A DNA stretch of 64,000 nucleotides from Candidatus Acidiferrales bacterium. GTDB taxonomy: Archaea; Micrarchaeota; Micrarchaeia; Micrarchaeales; Micrarchaeaceae. Location of the stretch: the NCBI GenBank assembly GCA_035534575.1, contig DATLRT010000018.1, positions 1,316-65,315 on the forward strand. The letters run 5' to 3'. This document shows positions 1-9,614 of the stretch, one piece after another (within the stretch, counting starts at the first letter, position 1; each line of letters starts with the position of its first letter). The notes under the pieces are model-generated. The model made no database searches and was not told the DNA's origin. It worked only from the letters and a program-made list of their open reading frames with translations. Position numbers and translations under genes: made by a program.

Positions 1-1190
1 GCGCTACTAACAGGCAGAACGCGATAGACCCAGCGCTGAGGAGACCTGGAAGGTTCGACAGGGAGATGGAGATCGGCGTGCCGGACAGGAACTCGAGGAA
101 GGAGATAGTACAGATACACACGAGGAACATGCCGCTGGCTAAGGACGTCAAGGTTGACGAGCTGGCCTCGCTCACTCATGGTTACACGGGAGCAGACATA
201 GCGGCGCTCGCAAGGGAGGCTGCAATGGCCGAGCTGAGGCACATACTGCCTACCATACTCGACAAGCGCACCATACCCAACGAGATACTGATGAACCTCA
301 GCGTCACAAGACAGGACTTCATGGAGGCATTGGCTATGATACAGCCTAGCGCCCTGAGAGAGGTTTTCGTCGAGAGACCCAACGTCCACTGGAACGATGT
401 CGGAGGGCTGGAGGACGTGAAGGCGCAGCTGAAGGAGGCGGTAGAGCTGCCGGTCAAGCATCCGGAGGCGTTCGAGAAGATAGGCATAAGGCCGGTCAGG
501 GGAATACTGCTTGTGGGGGCGCCTGGAACAGGAAAGACCATGCTCGCCAAGACGGTGGCGACAGAGAGGGAATCAAACTTCATATCAATCAAGGGACCGG
601 AGCTCCTCAGCAAGTATGTGGGAGAGAGCGAGAAGGCGGTGAGGGAGATTTTCAGGAAGGCTAAGATGGCCGCTCCGTGCATCATATTCATAGACGAGAT
701 AGACTCCATAGCGCCGGCAAGGGACAGCGACGGAGGAGACTCATTCGTAACGGAGAGAGTGGTAGACACGCTACTGACCGAGATGGACGGGCTCCACGAC
801 ATGAAGAACGTGGTGGTGCTCGCGGCTACAAACAGGCCTGACATGATAGACCCAGCGCTTCTGAGGCCGGGAAGGTTCGACAAGATAATAGAGATACCGA
901 TGCCTGACGACGTGACAAGGCTCTCGATATTCAAGGTGCACACGAAGAAGATGCCGCTTGCAAAGGACGTGGACTTCGACGTGCTTGTGAAGGCCACGGA
1001 GAACTATACGGGCGCTGAGATAGAGAACATAGTAAGGGAGGCGGGAATGAACGCGATAAGGGGCGAGAAGTCGATAGTATCAAAGCAGGACTTCGAGACC
1101 GCCCTCAGGGAGGTCAAGCCCGCGATACCTCATGAGCTCACCGAAAGGATAAAGCGATTTAAGGAGGAGCCCGAAAGCATGTATAGGTAA
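1..1190 (+). CDS. cdc48: CDC48/VAT-type AAA+ ATPase, C-terminal part (5' end outside window)
   Basis: Frame open from nt 3 ([28 protein letters not shown], end of D1). A complete D2 module follows: Walker A GAPGTGKT, Walker B IIFIDEID, second [19 protein letters not shown]. Confidence 0.93.
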   Translation, partial: ATNRQNAIDPALRRPGRFDREMEIGVPDRNSRKEIVQIHTRNMPLAKDVKVDELASLTHGYTGADIAALAREAAMAELRHILPTILDKRTIPNEILMNLSVTRQDFMEALAMIQPSALREVFVERPNVHWNDVGGLEDVKAQLKEAVELPVKHPEAFEKIGIRPVRGILLVGAPGTGKTMLAKTVATERESNFISIKGPELLSKYVGESEKAVREIFRKAKMAAPCIIFIDEIDSIAPARDSDGGDSFVTERVVDTLLTEMDGLHDMKNVVVLAATNRPDMIDPALLRPGRFDKIIEIPMPDDVTRLSIFKVHTKKMPLAKDVDFDVLVKATENYTGAEIENIVREAGMNAIRGEKSIVSKQDFETALREVKPAIPHELTERIKRFKEEPESMYR

Positions 1191-1232
1191 AAATCAGGTT
1201 ACGCTAAATAAAACACGATGTTAAGTGAGAGT

Positions 1233-1604
1233 ATGAAGATAGTTTATTCGGACCCCAAGACGGGAAAAAGCGGACAGATGGAGGTAAAGGAGGATGCAGA
1301 TGCCTTCTTCCTGAACAGGAAGCTCGGAGAGATAATCGACGGAGCGGCAATCGGGCTTAGCGGATACAAGTTCAAGATATCCGGCGGCAGCGACAACAGC
1401 GGCTTCCCGATGGACAGGAGCATTCAGGGATACCTCAAGGCCAGGGCCATGAAGACGGTGCCGGTCTCCGGAAGGAGGAAGGGCATACACACGAGAGCCA
1501 CAGTCAGGGGCAACACCATATCGGCAGAGACGACGCAGATAAACCTGGTCGTGACCGAGTACGGGGAGAAGCCTCTGGAGTACGCCGAGAAGAAGAAGGA
1601 ATAA
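1233..1604 (+). CDS. rps6e: 30S ribosomal protein S6e
   Basis: MKIVYSDPKTGKSGQMEV...GFPMDRS...RRKGIHTRATVRG fits S6e. ATG 1233 lies ~25 nt after TATA-like TAAATAAAA (leaderless). The ORF-track start at 1218 is an upstream in-frame ATG. Confidence 0.85.
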   Translation: MKIVYSDPKTGKSGQMEVKEDADAFFLNRKLGEIIDGAAIGLSGYKFKISGGSDNSGFPMDRSIQGYLKARAMKTVPVSGRRKGIHTRATVRGNTISAETTQINLVVTEYGEKPLEYAEKKKE

Positions 1605-1635
1605 TTCGGCACTCGCTAATACACTACTGATCAAG

Positions 1636-2871
1636 ATGGGCGCAACTACAAACGAGGCGGTGGCACAGAGCGTGATAAACGTAGGCACGCTTGGCCACAT
1701 AGACCACGGCAAGACGTCGCTCACCAGGGCGATAACACACACATGGACCGACAGGCACAGCGAGAGCATAAAGAGGAACATGACGATAAAGCTCGGCTAC
1801 GCCGAGACCGTCATAAAGAGATGCGAGACCTGCAAGGGCCCGGAGGGATACACCACTGGCGACAAGTGCGACAACTGCGGAGGCAAGGTCGTGCCACTTG
1901 AGAAGATATCGATGCTCGACGCGCCGGGACACGAGACGCTTATGGCAACCGCCATCGCAGGATCAAGCGTGATAGACGCAATACTGTTTGTCATAGCGGC
2001 GAACGAGCCCTGCCCCATGCAGCAGACAAAGGAGCACCTGATGATAATCAACATACTCGGCGTGAAGAATGTCATAGTCATACAGACCAAGGTGGACATA
2101 ATCGGCAAGGAGGCTGCCAAGGCCCACGAGCTGCAGATAAGGAACTTCCTCAAGGGCAGCACGATAGAGAACGCGCCCATAGTGCCGGTCATGTCGAACC
2201 TCGGAATCAATGTCGACATAGTGCTGGAGATGATTGCTAACATACCGAGGCCGGTAAGGGACCTCGAGTCCGACCCGCTGATGTACGTGGTCAGGTCGTT
2301 CGACGTGAACAAGCCCGGCATCGACGCGACCAAGCTTGTGGGCGGAGTCATCGGAGGGGCGATAACAAAGGGAAGGCTGAAGGTCGGGGACAAGATAGAG
2401 ATAAAGCCCGGCATACGGGTAAACACAAAGTCGAAGAAGGACGTTTACGAGACGATTGTAACGGTTATAGAGCGAATGGACAGCGGAGCAGTGAGGCTTG
2501 ACACGGCGACTCCGGGAGGCCTAATCGGAATCTCCACGGAGCTTGACCCCACGTTCACGAAGGCGGACGGACTGGTCGGCAACGTTGTGGGGCTGGTGGG
2601 CAAGACGCCACCGACGCTGACAACGCTTACCTTGAAGTACCACAAGCTGAAGAGGGACGACGTGCCGGAGCAGCACATGGCCGAGAACGAGCCGCTCATA
2701 CTTGGAATGGGCACCACCACGATAGTGGGTTACATAAAGAAGGTGAAGAAGGACAACCTTGAGGTGGAGCTGAAGCACCCGATCTGCGCCGACAAGGCGG
2801 TGAAGATCGCCATAATGAGGAACATAGCCAAGAGATGGAGGCTCACGGGCTACGGCATGCTGAGCGGCTAA
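1636..2871 (+). CDS. eif2g: translation initiation factor aIF2 gamma subunit
   Basis: GTPase motifs GHIDHGKT, DAPGH and QTKVD, plus the zinc knuckle CETCKG...CDNCG typical of a/eIF2-gamma; 411 aa. Confidence 0.93.
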   Translation: MGATTNEAVAQSVINVGTLGHIDHGKTSLTRAITHTWTDRHSESIKRNMTIKLGYAETVIKRCETCKGPEGYTTGDKCDNCGGKVVPLEKISMLDAPGHETLMATAIAGSSVIDAILFVIAANEPCPMQQTKEHLMIINILGVKNVIVIQTKVDIIGKEAAKAHELQIRNFLKGSTIENAPIVPVMSNLGINVDIVLEMIANIPRPVRDLESDPLMYVVRSFDVNKPGIDATKLVGGVIGGAITKGRLKVGDKIEIKPGIRVNTKSKKDVYETIVTVIERMDSGAVRLDTATPGGLIGISTELDPTFTKADGLVGNVVGLVGKTPPTLTTLTLKYHKLKRDDVPEQHMAENEPLILGMGTTTIVGYIKKVKKDNLEVELKHPICADKAVKIAIMRNIAKRWRLTGYGMLSG

Positions 2872-2872
2872 C

Positions 2873-2986
2873 TTAACTGTAAAGAGTTTTATCTATCTGC
2901 TCACTCCACTTAACCTTTCTTCGTGTTTTTATTATGCTTTTCAGTTTAAGCAGACGCTTGGGACTTGGCTTAGTCTTTTTTGCCAT
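2873..2986 (-). CDS. 37-aa very basic protein, possibly a short L39e-like ribosomal protein
   Basis: Not in ORF track (<60 aa). MAKKTKPSPKRLLKLKSIIKTRRKVKWSEQIDKTLYS has an N-terminal pattern (KP..K.L.L.K..K..RR.V.W) resembling L39e. TTTAATA box lies ~29 nt upstream of the ATG. Confidence 0.35.
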   Translation of the reverse strand: MAKKTKPSPKRLLKLKSIIKTRRKVKWSEQIDKTLYS

Positions 2987-3037
2987 ATATCTCCTACAAT
3001 CCGAATCCTATTAAACTCTTCCATTCATATTTTATCC

Positions 3038-3433
3038 ATGGCAGCAGAGCCTGGAAGGGCGAAGATATCTACGCTGATGAGCAGGAGGCTCGTCGCGGTC
3101 CACCCCAATACCACAATAGAGGTGGCGATAAAGCTGCTGAAGAGCACAAACGTGGGGCTTCTGCCCGTGGTGAAGGAGGGACGGCTGGTCGGTATAATTG
3201 ATGACAAGCTGCTGCTCAAGTACGAGACAGAAAGGAACTTCTCTATGACCGACAGCGTTGAGGGGATAATGAAGAAGCCGATGTTCGTGGAGATGGACAG
3301 CAGCGTCGACTTCTCGGTCAAGTATGTGATAGAGCACGGGCTGACGAGGCTGCCTGTAGTGAACTCCGACTCCGACATGAAATGCGTCGGAGTGGTGAGC
3401 GCAACGGAGCTGCTATCCGCAAAGTCCGCTTAG
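3038..3433 (+). CDS. CBS-pair domain protein
   Basis: 131 aa with two CBS-like repeats (MSRRLVAVHPNTTIEVAIKLL...GLLPVV; KKPMFVEMDSSVDFSVKYVIEHGLTRLPVV). Confidence 0.8.
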   Translation: MAAEPGRAKISTLMSRRLVAVHPNTTIEVAIKLLKSTNVGLLPVVKEGRLVGIIDDKLLLKYETERNFSMTDSVEGIMKKPMFVEMDSSVDFSVKYVIEHGLTRLPVVNSDSDMKCVGVVSATELLSAKSA

Positions 3434-3460
3434 TTGGTTAAGTAAGGAAAAGAAGAAAGT

Positions 3461-3817
3461 TTATTTCGCCAGCGTTATCTGTATCGAACTTACCATTGAC
3501 CTGCTGCCGTCGGCGTTGGTCATCTCCTCCGAGGAGGTTGTCGTTCCCCGCACCTTGAGTGCCGGAAGGAACTTGCGGACCACTATCTCCTTCACGTCAA
3601 CTGCCCTCGATATCTCGTTGCCCCTGGCCTTTATCGTGACCTCGAGCATGCCGTTGCTGAACTGGGTGACAACGGCCATGACATAGGTCATGAGCGGCTT
3701 CCTGCCTATGTAGACCACGTTCTCGCTGCCGTCCCCGATCTGGTTTGGAATGTCCTTGCTCTCTTCCACTTGCTTCACACGTAAAATTTTAGCGCAAATC
3801 CCGAAAGGGGATTGCAC
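3461..3817 (-). CDS. albA: Alba family DNA/RNA-binding protein
   Basis: NVVYIGRKPLMTYVMAVVTQF...VTIKARGNEISRAVDVKEIV matches the Alba core. The start is GTG at 3817, ~25 nt after an ATATATAG box; the exact start is uncertain. Confidence 0.85.
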   Translation of the reverse strand: MQSPFGICAKILRVKQVEESKDIPNQIGDGSENVVYIGRKPLMTYVMAVVTQFSNGMLEVTIKARGNEISRAVDVKEIVVRKFLPALKVRGTTTSSEEMTNADGSRSMVSSIQITLAK

Positions 3818-3858
3818 AATGATGATGAGGAATCAAACTATATATGTCTTTTTGGCGC

Positions 3859-4842
3859 TCAGGAAAGCTGCTGCTCCATAATGCTAAGGCCCTCGCTCTC
3901 CCCGTATATTCGGAGAAGCGATAGGAAGTATACTGACCTAGACTGGGGCGACATATTGCCCCGTATCTCCTGCAGCCTGCTTCGGGGAATTGGGAACTCC
4001 TCAAACAATAGCTTGCTGTACTCGTAATTGTCAACTCCGGATGCGGACCTCGCCCTTATCTCGCTCTCCTTCAGGTCGGTTGTGGCTACGAAGAGAGCAT
4101 CGGGATCCGATTCGGGCTTGTCATGTATGTACCCCCTCAATTCCAGCGATGTGAGCTCCTCAGCCTTGAGGTTAAGCTCCTGCTGCAGCTCAGAGGCGCA
4201 CGTATGGTAGATGTCAATTGAGTTAGTGGGGGAGGCTGACTTTGCTTTCTGAAGCTCGGCTATTTTGTTCCTGCTCTTCTCAGAAAGGGCTGACGCGTCA
4301 TCTATGGTAAGCCCCCCAGAAGCGCTTCCCATGAGCATGCCGTGCCTTGCTATAACCTTGTTTGACCTTACCTGAAAAACTGCCTTCTGGCCCTTGCCGT
4401 CATCCGAGTTGCATATCACCAGGACGTCCATGCCGAGCAGGTTGCTGAAAGAGGGTATGAAGCCGTTGGAGTCGGCCTTTTTCGCCTGATTCTCCACCCA
4501 CCTTGAGTGCTCTTCACTAAGGGGACCCTTTATGAATGACAAATCAGTAGCCCTGTGCTCGAAATAAGTTATCGACCTGCAAATTAGGTCGACGTCCTTG
4601 CCGTTGATAGCGTAGTTTACCACGCCTACGAAGCCCTTGCCGTCCCTGACCCCGTCGGCTGCCATCTGCTCGCCGTGCTTGTTGGTGAAATAGGAGATGC
4701 CCGGCGGTACGGGTATTGAGGAATCGAGCCGTATGTTGAGCGCCATATCGCCATGCGATATCAGGCTCACTTCGGGTATGAAGCTGTCCCAGGCATGCTG
4801 AAACCTCTTCGACCTGGGTGCCTGCTTGGCTGCAGTATTCAT
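3859..4842 (-). CDS. hypothetical protein (327 aa)
   Basis: Long ORF with window-typical codon use. I start it at ATG 4842 (MNTAAKQ), 21 nt after promoter box GCTTAAATATAAGG. The Arg-rich ORF-track extension to 4968 overlaps the upstream gene. Confidence 0.6.
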   Translation of the reverse strand: MNTAAKQAPRSKRFQHAWDSFIPEVSLISHGDMALNIRLDSSIPVPPGISYFTNKHGEQMAADGVRDGKGFVGVVNYAINGKDVDLICRSITYFEHRATDLSFIKGPLSEEHSRWVENQAKKADSNGFIPSFSNLLGMDVLVICNSDDGKGQKAVFQVRSNKVIARHGMLMGSASGGLTIDDASALSEKSRNKIAELQKAKSASPTNSIDIYHTCASELQQELNLKAEELTSLELRGYIHDKPESDPDALFVATTDLKESEIRARSASGVDNYEYSKLLFEEFPIPRSRLQEIRGNMSPQSRSVYFLSLLRIYGESEGLSIMEQQLS

Positions 4843-4860
4843 ACTCAGATATCTAGCTCT

Positions 4861-4874
4861 CCTTATATTTAAGC
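4861..4874 (-). promoter_or_regulatory. BRE/TATA-like promoter box GCTTAAATATAAGG
   Basis: Minus strand reads GCTTAAATATAAGG ~21 nt upstream of ATG 4842. The identical 14-mer occurs at 37600-37613(+). Confidence 0.5.
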
Positions 4875-4915
4875 TTTTGGCAGTATTTAAGGATTTGGGT
4901 TTCTGTCGTCGAAGA

Positions 4916-5824
4916 TTATCTCTTCGCTGCCTTTTTCTGGGTGGATAGGCCCTTTGCCACGGAGGCAACCATCTTGACCTCCTTGTCTACGTCTATCTCC
5001 AGGCCCAGCTCCTTGAGGGTGTGGAACGGGTTCGCCACCGCTATGTCGCGCAGGAGCTCTAACTCCTTTGGTATCTTTGCCTTCTTCGCGAACTTCATGT
5101 TCGCTTCTATGGAGAGCAGCACCCTTGCGGTGAGCTCCCTTGCCAGCTGAAGAATCCTCTCCTCCGGCACAAGCCCATCCGCTATTATCTTCCTTGCCTC
5201 CTCAAAGCCCCACTCGTTGTCTATCGCGTCGGTCTCGAACGCCTTGCCCAGCGACCTCATGAACTCCGGCGAGACGGGGTAGAAGACCTTGAAGAATATC
5301 GTGCCGAATACGTTTGCGTACGACCCCCTGAGCACCACGTTCGTCGCGAGTATCCTGTCGTTCCATGCCTTGAGCGAGCCGATGTAGTCGAAGACCTCCT
5401 TTATCTCCTTGGGCTCCTTTGCCTCGGGCCTCTTACCCAGGCCTTCCATCATGTTCTTTATCGCCCTTGCGTGCTTAGCCTTGAGCGGCATCATCGCGGC
5501 GAACCTCGCTGAGTACTCCGCGTTGTGCTCGGTGCTGTTCTCCGACCAGTCCTTGTAGATCCCGACCATCCTGTCCTCGCCGTAGTAGAACAGGTTGAGC
5601 AGGTGGATTATCGAGTCCATGCCGAAGGTTGTGCCGTTCGGCAGCCTGACATACTTCTTGGTGACCTCGCCCTTCTTCCTCTTGGTGTCTATGAAGCTCG
5701 TCGCGAACTTCACCACCGAGACGGGGTTGCTCTTGAGGTACTTGTGGACATAGGGGTCTACCCACTCGGGAACTCCGTACTTCCTGAGCGTGGTCTCGAC
5801 CAGCCTCTGCGTTATGCCTTTCAT
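4916..5824 (-). CDS. hypothetical helical protein (302 aa)
   Basis: Uninterrupted ORF with typical codon use and a Lys-rich C-terminus. No motif I can name confidently. Confidence 0.65.
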   Translation of the reverse strand: MKGITQRLVETTLRKYGVPEWVDPYVHKYLKSNPVSVVKFATSFIDTKRKKGEVTKKYVRLPNGTTFGMDSIIHLLNLFYYGEDRMVGIYKDWSENSTEHNAEYSARFAAMMPLKAKHARAIKNMMEGLGKRPEAKEPKEIKEVFDYIGSLKAWNDRILATNVVLRGSYANVFGTIFFKVFYPVSPEFMRSLGKAFETDAIDNEWGFEEARKIIADGLVPEERILQLARELTARVLLSIEANMKFAKKAKIPKELELLRDIAVANPFHTLKELGLEIDVDKEVKMVASVAKGLSTQKKAAKR

Positions 5825-5827
5825 TCC

Positions 5828-7060
5828 TTACGCCTTCTTATCATGCTTCTTCTTGCCCTTGGCCGCAAACCTCTTGTATGCAAAGCTCCCCGCCACTGCC
5901 ACGACTATCACTACGATGGCGTAGGCTATGATGGAACTCGTCCCGGAGCCTGCGCGGCCCACCTCAACGTAGTAATTGTTGGAGCCTGTGAACTGCTGGT
6001 TGATGGCTCCGCTTGGCTGCTTCCACTGCTCGTACAGGGTGACAGGATAGTTGCCTGGCACGCCGTTGTTGTCAATGTTGACGAGGAAGGTGACGTTGGT
6101 GGACTCCCCGGGCTGCAGCGCGTTAACGTATGCGGTGCTGGCGACCGGGGTTATCGGGAAGGATGTTTGCAGGTTGAGCTGCAGCTCACTCGCCGGGCTG
6201 GTTCCGATGTTGGTCAGCTTGAAGGAGACCGGCACGTCGGTGGAGCTGACTCCTGGACTCGTGCCCGCGGAGCTGACCGAGAACTGCGCCGACGGAGCCA
6301 CGGAGAGGTTTATCCTCTGTGTGCTGCTGTAGCGCTGGTTCAGCTTCGATGAGTAGTAGGTGATGTTGGCGAGAAGGTACGGGCTGCCGGAGCTCTGGGC
6401 GGAGACCGTGATCGGCTCGTTTGCGGTAGAGCCCTGGGTCAGGTTGGATATGAAGAATGTGGTCACTGAGCTCAGCAGGTTGAGTCCCTGTCCGCCGCTC
6501 ACTGTGACGCTGAGGTTCCTTGCATCGCCATAACCCGTGTTCTGGACCAGCAGGCTTAGCGTCTGGTTGTATCCTGCGTACAACGTGGATGGCTGCGGGC
6601 TTGCGGGTGAGACCTTTATCATGGGCCTATTTTGCACGTAGAAGCTGACAGGCATGGAGGAGGCGGCTACCACGGTCCCGGTGGCGGCATAGACGGTGTA
6701 CGTGGCCCCAATTCCGAGGGTATATACGCCTGAGGGCGTGGTGTTGTGTATCGCGATTTTGTAGGTGTAATGCGTTGAGTTAAAGCCCGGGTTCACCACA
6801 CCTATTATTCGGTCGCCCAGGGGGGAGACGTTAAGGAGAGGATAGCTGCCGGTCGGCTGTAGGTTAGTGCCGTAGAGCCAGAAGTCGTATGAGTTGTAGA
6901 GCTGGAAGCTTATCGTGGCGTTGCCGCCGGCCACCACCGGATTCGGCGAGACCGAGACGTTCGCCAGGGAGAGGGCGTTGTCGTACACAGTGGTAGCGCC
7001 TGCTGCGCTGGCGAGCATTGCCACAAGGGCGAATGCCAGAAGGAATGTTTGCGTTTTCAT
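5828..7060 (-). CDS. secreted beta-rich surface protein with C-terminal membrane anchor (S-layer-domain/CARDB-like)
   Basis: Signal peptide MKTQTFLLAFALVAMLASAAG, many N-x-S/T sequons, Ser/Thr/Asn-rich repeats, C-terminal TM IIAYAIVVIVVAVAGSFAY plus basic tail. Sits directly upstream of an ABC-2 exporter. Confidence 0.7.
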   Translation of the reverse strand: MKTQTFLLAFALVAMLASAAGATTVYDNALSLANVSVSPNPVVAGGNATISFQLYNSYDFWLYGTNLQPTGSYPLLNVSPLGDRIIGVVNPGFNSTHYTYKIAIHNTTPSGVYTLGIGATYTVYAATGTVVAASSMPVSFYVQNRPMIKVSPASPQPSTLYAGYNQTLSLLVQNTGYGDARNLSVTVSGGQGLNLLSSVTTFFISNLTQGSTANEPITVSAQSSGSPYLLANITYYSSKLNQRYSSTQRINLSVAPSAQFSVSSAGTSPGVSSTDVPVSFKLTNIGTSPASELQLNLQTSFPITPVASTAYVNALQPGESTNVTFLVNIDNNGVPGNYPVTLYEQWKQPSGAINQQFTGSNNYYVEVGRAGSGTSSIIAYAIVVIVVAVAGSFAYKRFAAKGKKKHDKKA

Positions 7061-7100
7061 GTTCACACCAATAATTATCATAATGCATTTTTATACCATG

Positions 7101-8216
7101 TCATATCTGCTGGCTCGTCTTCCTGAAGAAGGTGAACGCAAGGCCCAGCATTATCAGCGTAAAGGCGAGCAGTATCGCCGTCGTCGAGAACAGGGTGTAC
7201 AGCGGCAGGGAGCCCTTTATCATTATGTCCCTCACCGCATTCACCGCGTAGGTCAGGGGGTTGAGCGTCACGATGGGGAGCAGGAAGTTTGGCAGCAGGT
7301 TGACGGGCACGAAGGCGCCACCGAGGAACGCCAGCGGCATGGTCACCGTCTGGGCGACCAGCGCGTAGGTCTGAAGCTGCTTCGTCCTAGACGCGAGCGC
7401 GATGGCAAGTGCGCTGAACCCGAGCCCCACGAGGAATACGACCCATATAAGTTCCAGGAACCCTATGAACCCCGCCGAGACCGTGGCTCCGTAGAGAAGG
7501 CCGATTATCAGGCCCAGGTAGGCGGAGAAGATGGACTGGAACGTGCCGTATATGATCTTGCTGAGCAGCACCGACATGTGGTTTATCGGAGTCGTGAGGA
7601 ATGCCTTAAGGTTGCCGAGCTGCCTGTCGCTGAGAACGGTAAAGCCTGCGCTGAATACCGAACCGAAGGCCGCCACCATGACCAACAGTCCGCCTATGAC
7701 GAAGCTGAGGTAGTTGCTGCTCGCCCCGTATGCGTAGTTCGTTATAACTGAGACTGGGGGATTCTGGGCTGATGTCACCGCTGCCGTGCCCAACTGCGCT
7801 GCTATGGTGTTTATCTTGCCGCTTACCACGCCCGCGGACTGCGGCTGCGAATTGTCGAGGTAGACGTATATGCTTGATGTCGCGCCGCGGACTGTAGAGA
7901 AGCCGCTGGGTATCACCACCACCGCTGCGACGTAGCTCTCGGAGAGCAGGTTCATCGCCTGCTGCTGCGTGGTCTCCGTTATGACGGTGACGCCGTTCCC
8001 CGACTGGAGCAGGTTTATGAAGTTTAGGGATGCTGGGCCGCTCGCGTAGTTGACGACCGCGACGGGCACGTTCCTTGGCGAGCTGCCGAAGCTGCCGAGC
8101 AGGAGGACGAAGATTAGCGGGAATATTATGGACCTGACCACGTTCGTCCCGATGTTCTTCTTGAATATCAGCATCTCCCTGAGGAAGAGCGTGTATGTGT
8201 CTCCGGCCAAGCTCAT
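7101..8216 (-). CDS. ABC-2 type transporter permease
   Basis: 371 aa with an N-terminal TM, a large extracytoplasmic loop and five C-terminal TMs. Stop/start abuts the ATPase gene (8216/8218). Confidence 0.8.
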   Translation of the reverse strand: MSLAGDTYTLFLREMLIFKKNIGTNVVRSIIFPLIFVLLLGSFGSSPRNVPVAVVNYASGPASLNFINLLQSGNGVTVITETTQQQAMNLLSESYVAAVVVIPSGFSTVRGATSSIYVYLDNSQPQSAGVVSGKINTIAAQLGTAAVTSAQNPPVSVITNYAYGASSNYLSFVIGGLLVMVAAFGSVFSAGFTVLSDRQLGNLKAFLTTPINHMSVLLSKIIYGTFQSIFSAYLGLIIGLLYGATVSAGFIGFLELIWVVFLVGLGFSALAIALASRTKQLQTYALVAQTVTMPLAFLGGAFVPVNLLPNFLLPIVTLNPLTYAVNAVRDIMIKGSLPLYTLFSTTAILLAFTLIMLGLAFTFFRKTSQQI

Positions 8217-8217
8217 C

Positions 8218-9216
8218 TCATCTACCCCTTCCCATCAGCAGGTCGGCCCTGCCCCCGGTGAACTCCCCTTCCGTGTCCCTCACCTCTGAGCCGGTCAGCT
8301 TGAGGAATACGTCATCTATCGTCGGCTCGTGCATGCTCACGTTGCGTATCTGAAGCTTGCTGGCAGATATCGCCGCGAGCAGCGCCTCTATCTTCTTGGT
8401 GGCGTTGCTCCCGCCTGGAGCTATAACTTTATTGATCAGAATCTTAGGCTCAAGCCCAACCTTCTTGAAGACAGCAGCCACCTTCGGGAGGTCCTCCTTG
8501 TCCGCGGATATCTCTATCACGCTGCTCATGCCAATCTTCTGCCTGAGCTCGGTGGGCGTGCCGAGCGCTATCAGCTTGCCGTGGTCGATTATCCCAATCC
8601 TGTCGCAGAGCTGGTCAGCCTCCTCCAAGTACTGGGTGGTAAGCAGTATCGTCACGTTCTGCTTCTTGTTTATGTCCCTAAGCAGGTTCCATATCTTGGT
8701 CCTGTTCTGGACGTCGAGACCGGTAGTGGGCTCGTCGAGAAGCAGCAGCTCCGGAGCGTGCATCAGGGCTTTCGCGGTCTCCAATCGCCGCTTCATCCCC
8801 CCGGAGAATGTGCCGGCGTACGACTTCCTGAATGCGACCAGATCGGAAAGTTCAAGCGCAAAGTCTATGTCCTTCTGCAACTCGGAGCTGGGAATGTGAT
8901 AGAGGCGCCCGAATATCATCAGATTCTGCTCGGCGGTCAGCTCCGGCTCCACCACCGTCTCCTGGGTCACTATGCCTATGTGGTTCCTAGCATCGGCCGG
9001 ATCCTTCTGCATGTCGGTGCCATTGACCAGTATCCTCCCTGAAGTGGGCGAGAGGAGACCGAGGATCATGTTTATGGTGGTGCTCTTCCCTGCCCCGTTG
9101 GGCCCGAGGAGGCCGAAGATCTCGCCCTTCTTGATCTTCAGGTTTATGCCATTGACCGCGGTCAAGCTATCGAATCTCTTGACCAGGTTCTCTATGGCTA
9201 TTGCATATTCGGTCAT
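8218..9216 (-). CDS. ABC transporter ATP-binding protein
   Basis: Walker A GPNGAGKST, signature FSGGMKRR, Walker B LLLLDEPTTGLD. Confidence 0.92.
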   Translation of the reverse strand: MTEYAIAIENLVKRFDSLTAVNGINLKIKKGEIFGLLGPNGAGKSTTINMILGLLSPTSGRILVNGTDMQKDPADARNHIGIVTQETVVEPELTAEQNLMIFGRLYHIPSSELQKDIDFALELSDLVAFRKSYAGTFSGGMKRRLETAKALMHAPELLLLDEPTTGLDVQNRTKIWNLLRDINKKQNVTILLTTQYLEEADQLCDRIGIIDHGKLIALGTPTELRQKIGMSSVIEISADKEDLPKVAAVFKKVGLEPKILINKVIAPGGSNATKKIEALLAAISASKLQIRNVSMHEPTIDDVFLKLTGSEVRDTEGEFTGGRADLLMGRGR

Positions 9217-9228
9217 GGTATCGCCCCA

Positions 9229-9600
9229 TTATTCTATTATCTTCATGAGCTCTTTCATGGAGGCGAGGAACAGCCTCTTCGACTCCGTGAGCACCACGCT
9301 GCCCTTGGCGGTTATCTTGTAGTACTTCTTGCCTCCGTCAGTGGCGGAGGCGCGGCTGGGCATTATGTAGCCGGATCTCTCCAGAACGTTTATGGTGTTG
9401 TAGACGTCGTTCTTTACGCTCCCGGTGTCCTTCTTCAGGAACATCGAGAGGTGCTCGTTGCCCAGCTCCTTTATTATCGCGTATGAGTAGGCCCTGCCCG
9501 CCTTTATCCTCCTGAGGACCATCAGCTTCAGCACCTGGCGCTTCATGTCCTTCGTCATGTATGGGTTTCCTATGTATGATTTGACACTCATTCGCAGCAC
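9229..9600 (-). CDS. PadR family transcriptional regulator
   Basis: VLKLMVLRRIKAGRAYSYAIIKEL...VYNTINVLERSGYI is a PadR winged helix. The start is uncertain (GTG 9600, ATG 9591 or later). Confidence 0.8.
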   Translation of the reverse strand: MLRMSVKSYIGNPYMTKDMKRQVLKLMVLRRIKAGRAYSYAIIKELGNEHLSMFLKKDTGSVKNDVYNTINVLERSGYIMPSRASATDGGKKYYKITAKGSVVLTESKRLFLASMKELMKIIE

Positions 9601-9614
9601 TGGTTGTCTTGATG

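Noticed and set aside
3789-3815. Hairpin GCAAATCCC-GAAA-GGGGATTGC resembling GCAAA-GGGG-TTTGC at 9666-9679 and CGCAGGGGGTTTACA at 14368 (possible dispersed element)
   Set aside because: The matches are short (about 14-17 nt), in different contexts (coding 5' end, spacer, IS interior), and not enough to call a repeat family without a genome-wide count.
3818-3830. C-box-like AATGATGATGAGG between albA and the next gene (possible C/D-box sRNA)
   Set aside because: No CUGA D or D' box lies within 110 nt, and the segment is only 41 nt of spacer.
4843-4968. Arg/Pro/Lys-rich N-terminal extension of ORF 3859-4968 overlapping the end of gene 4916-5824
   Set aside because: The composition is atypical, and a strong promoter box lies inside it, just upstream of ATG 4842.
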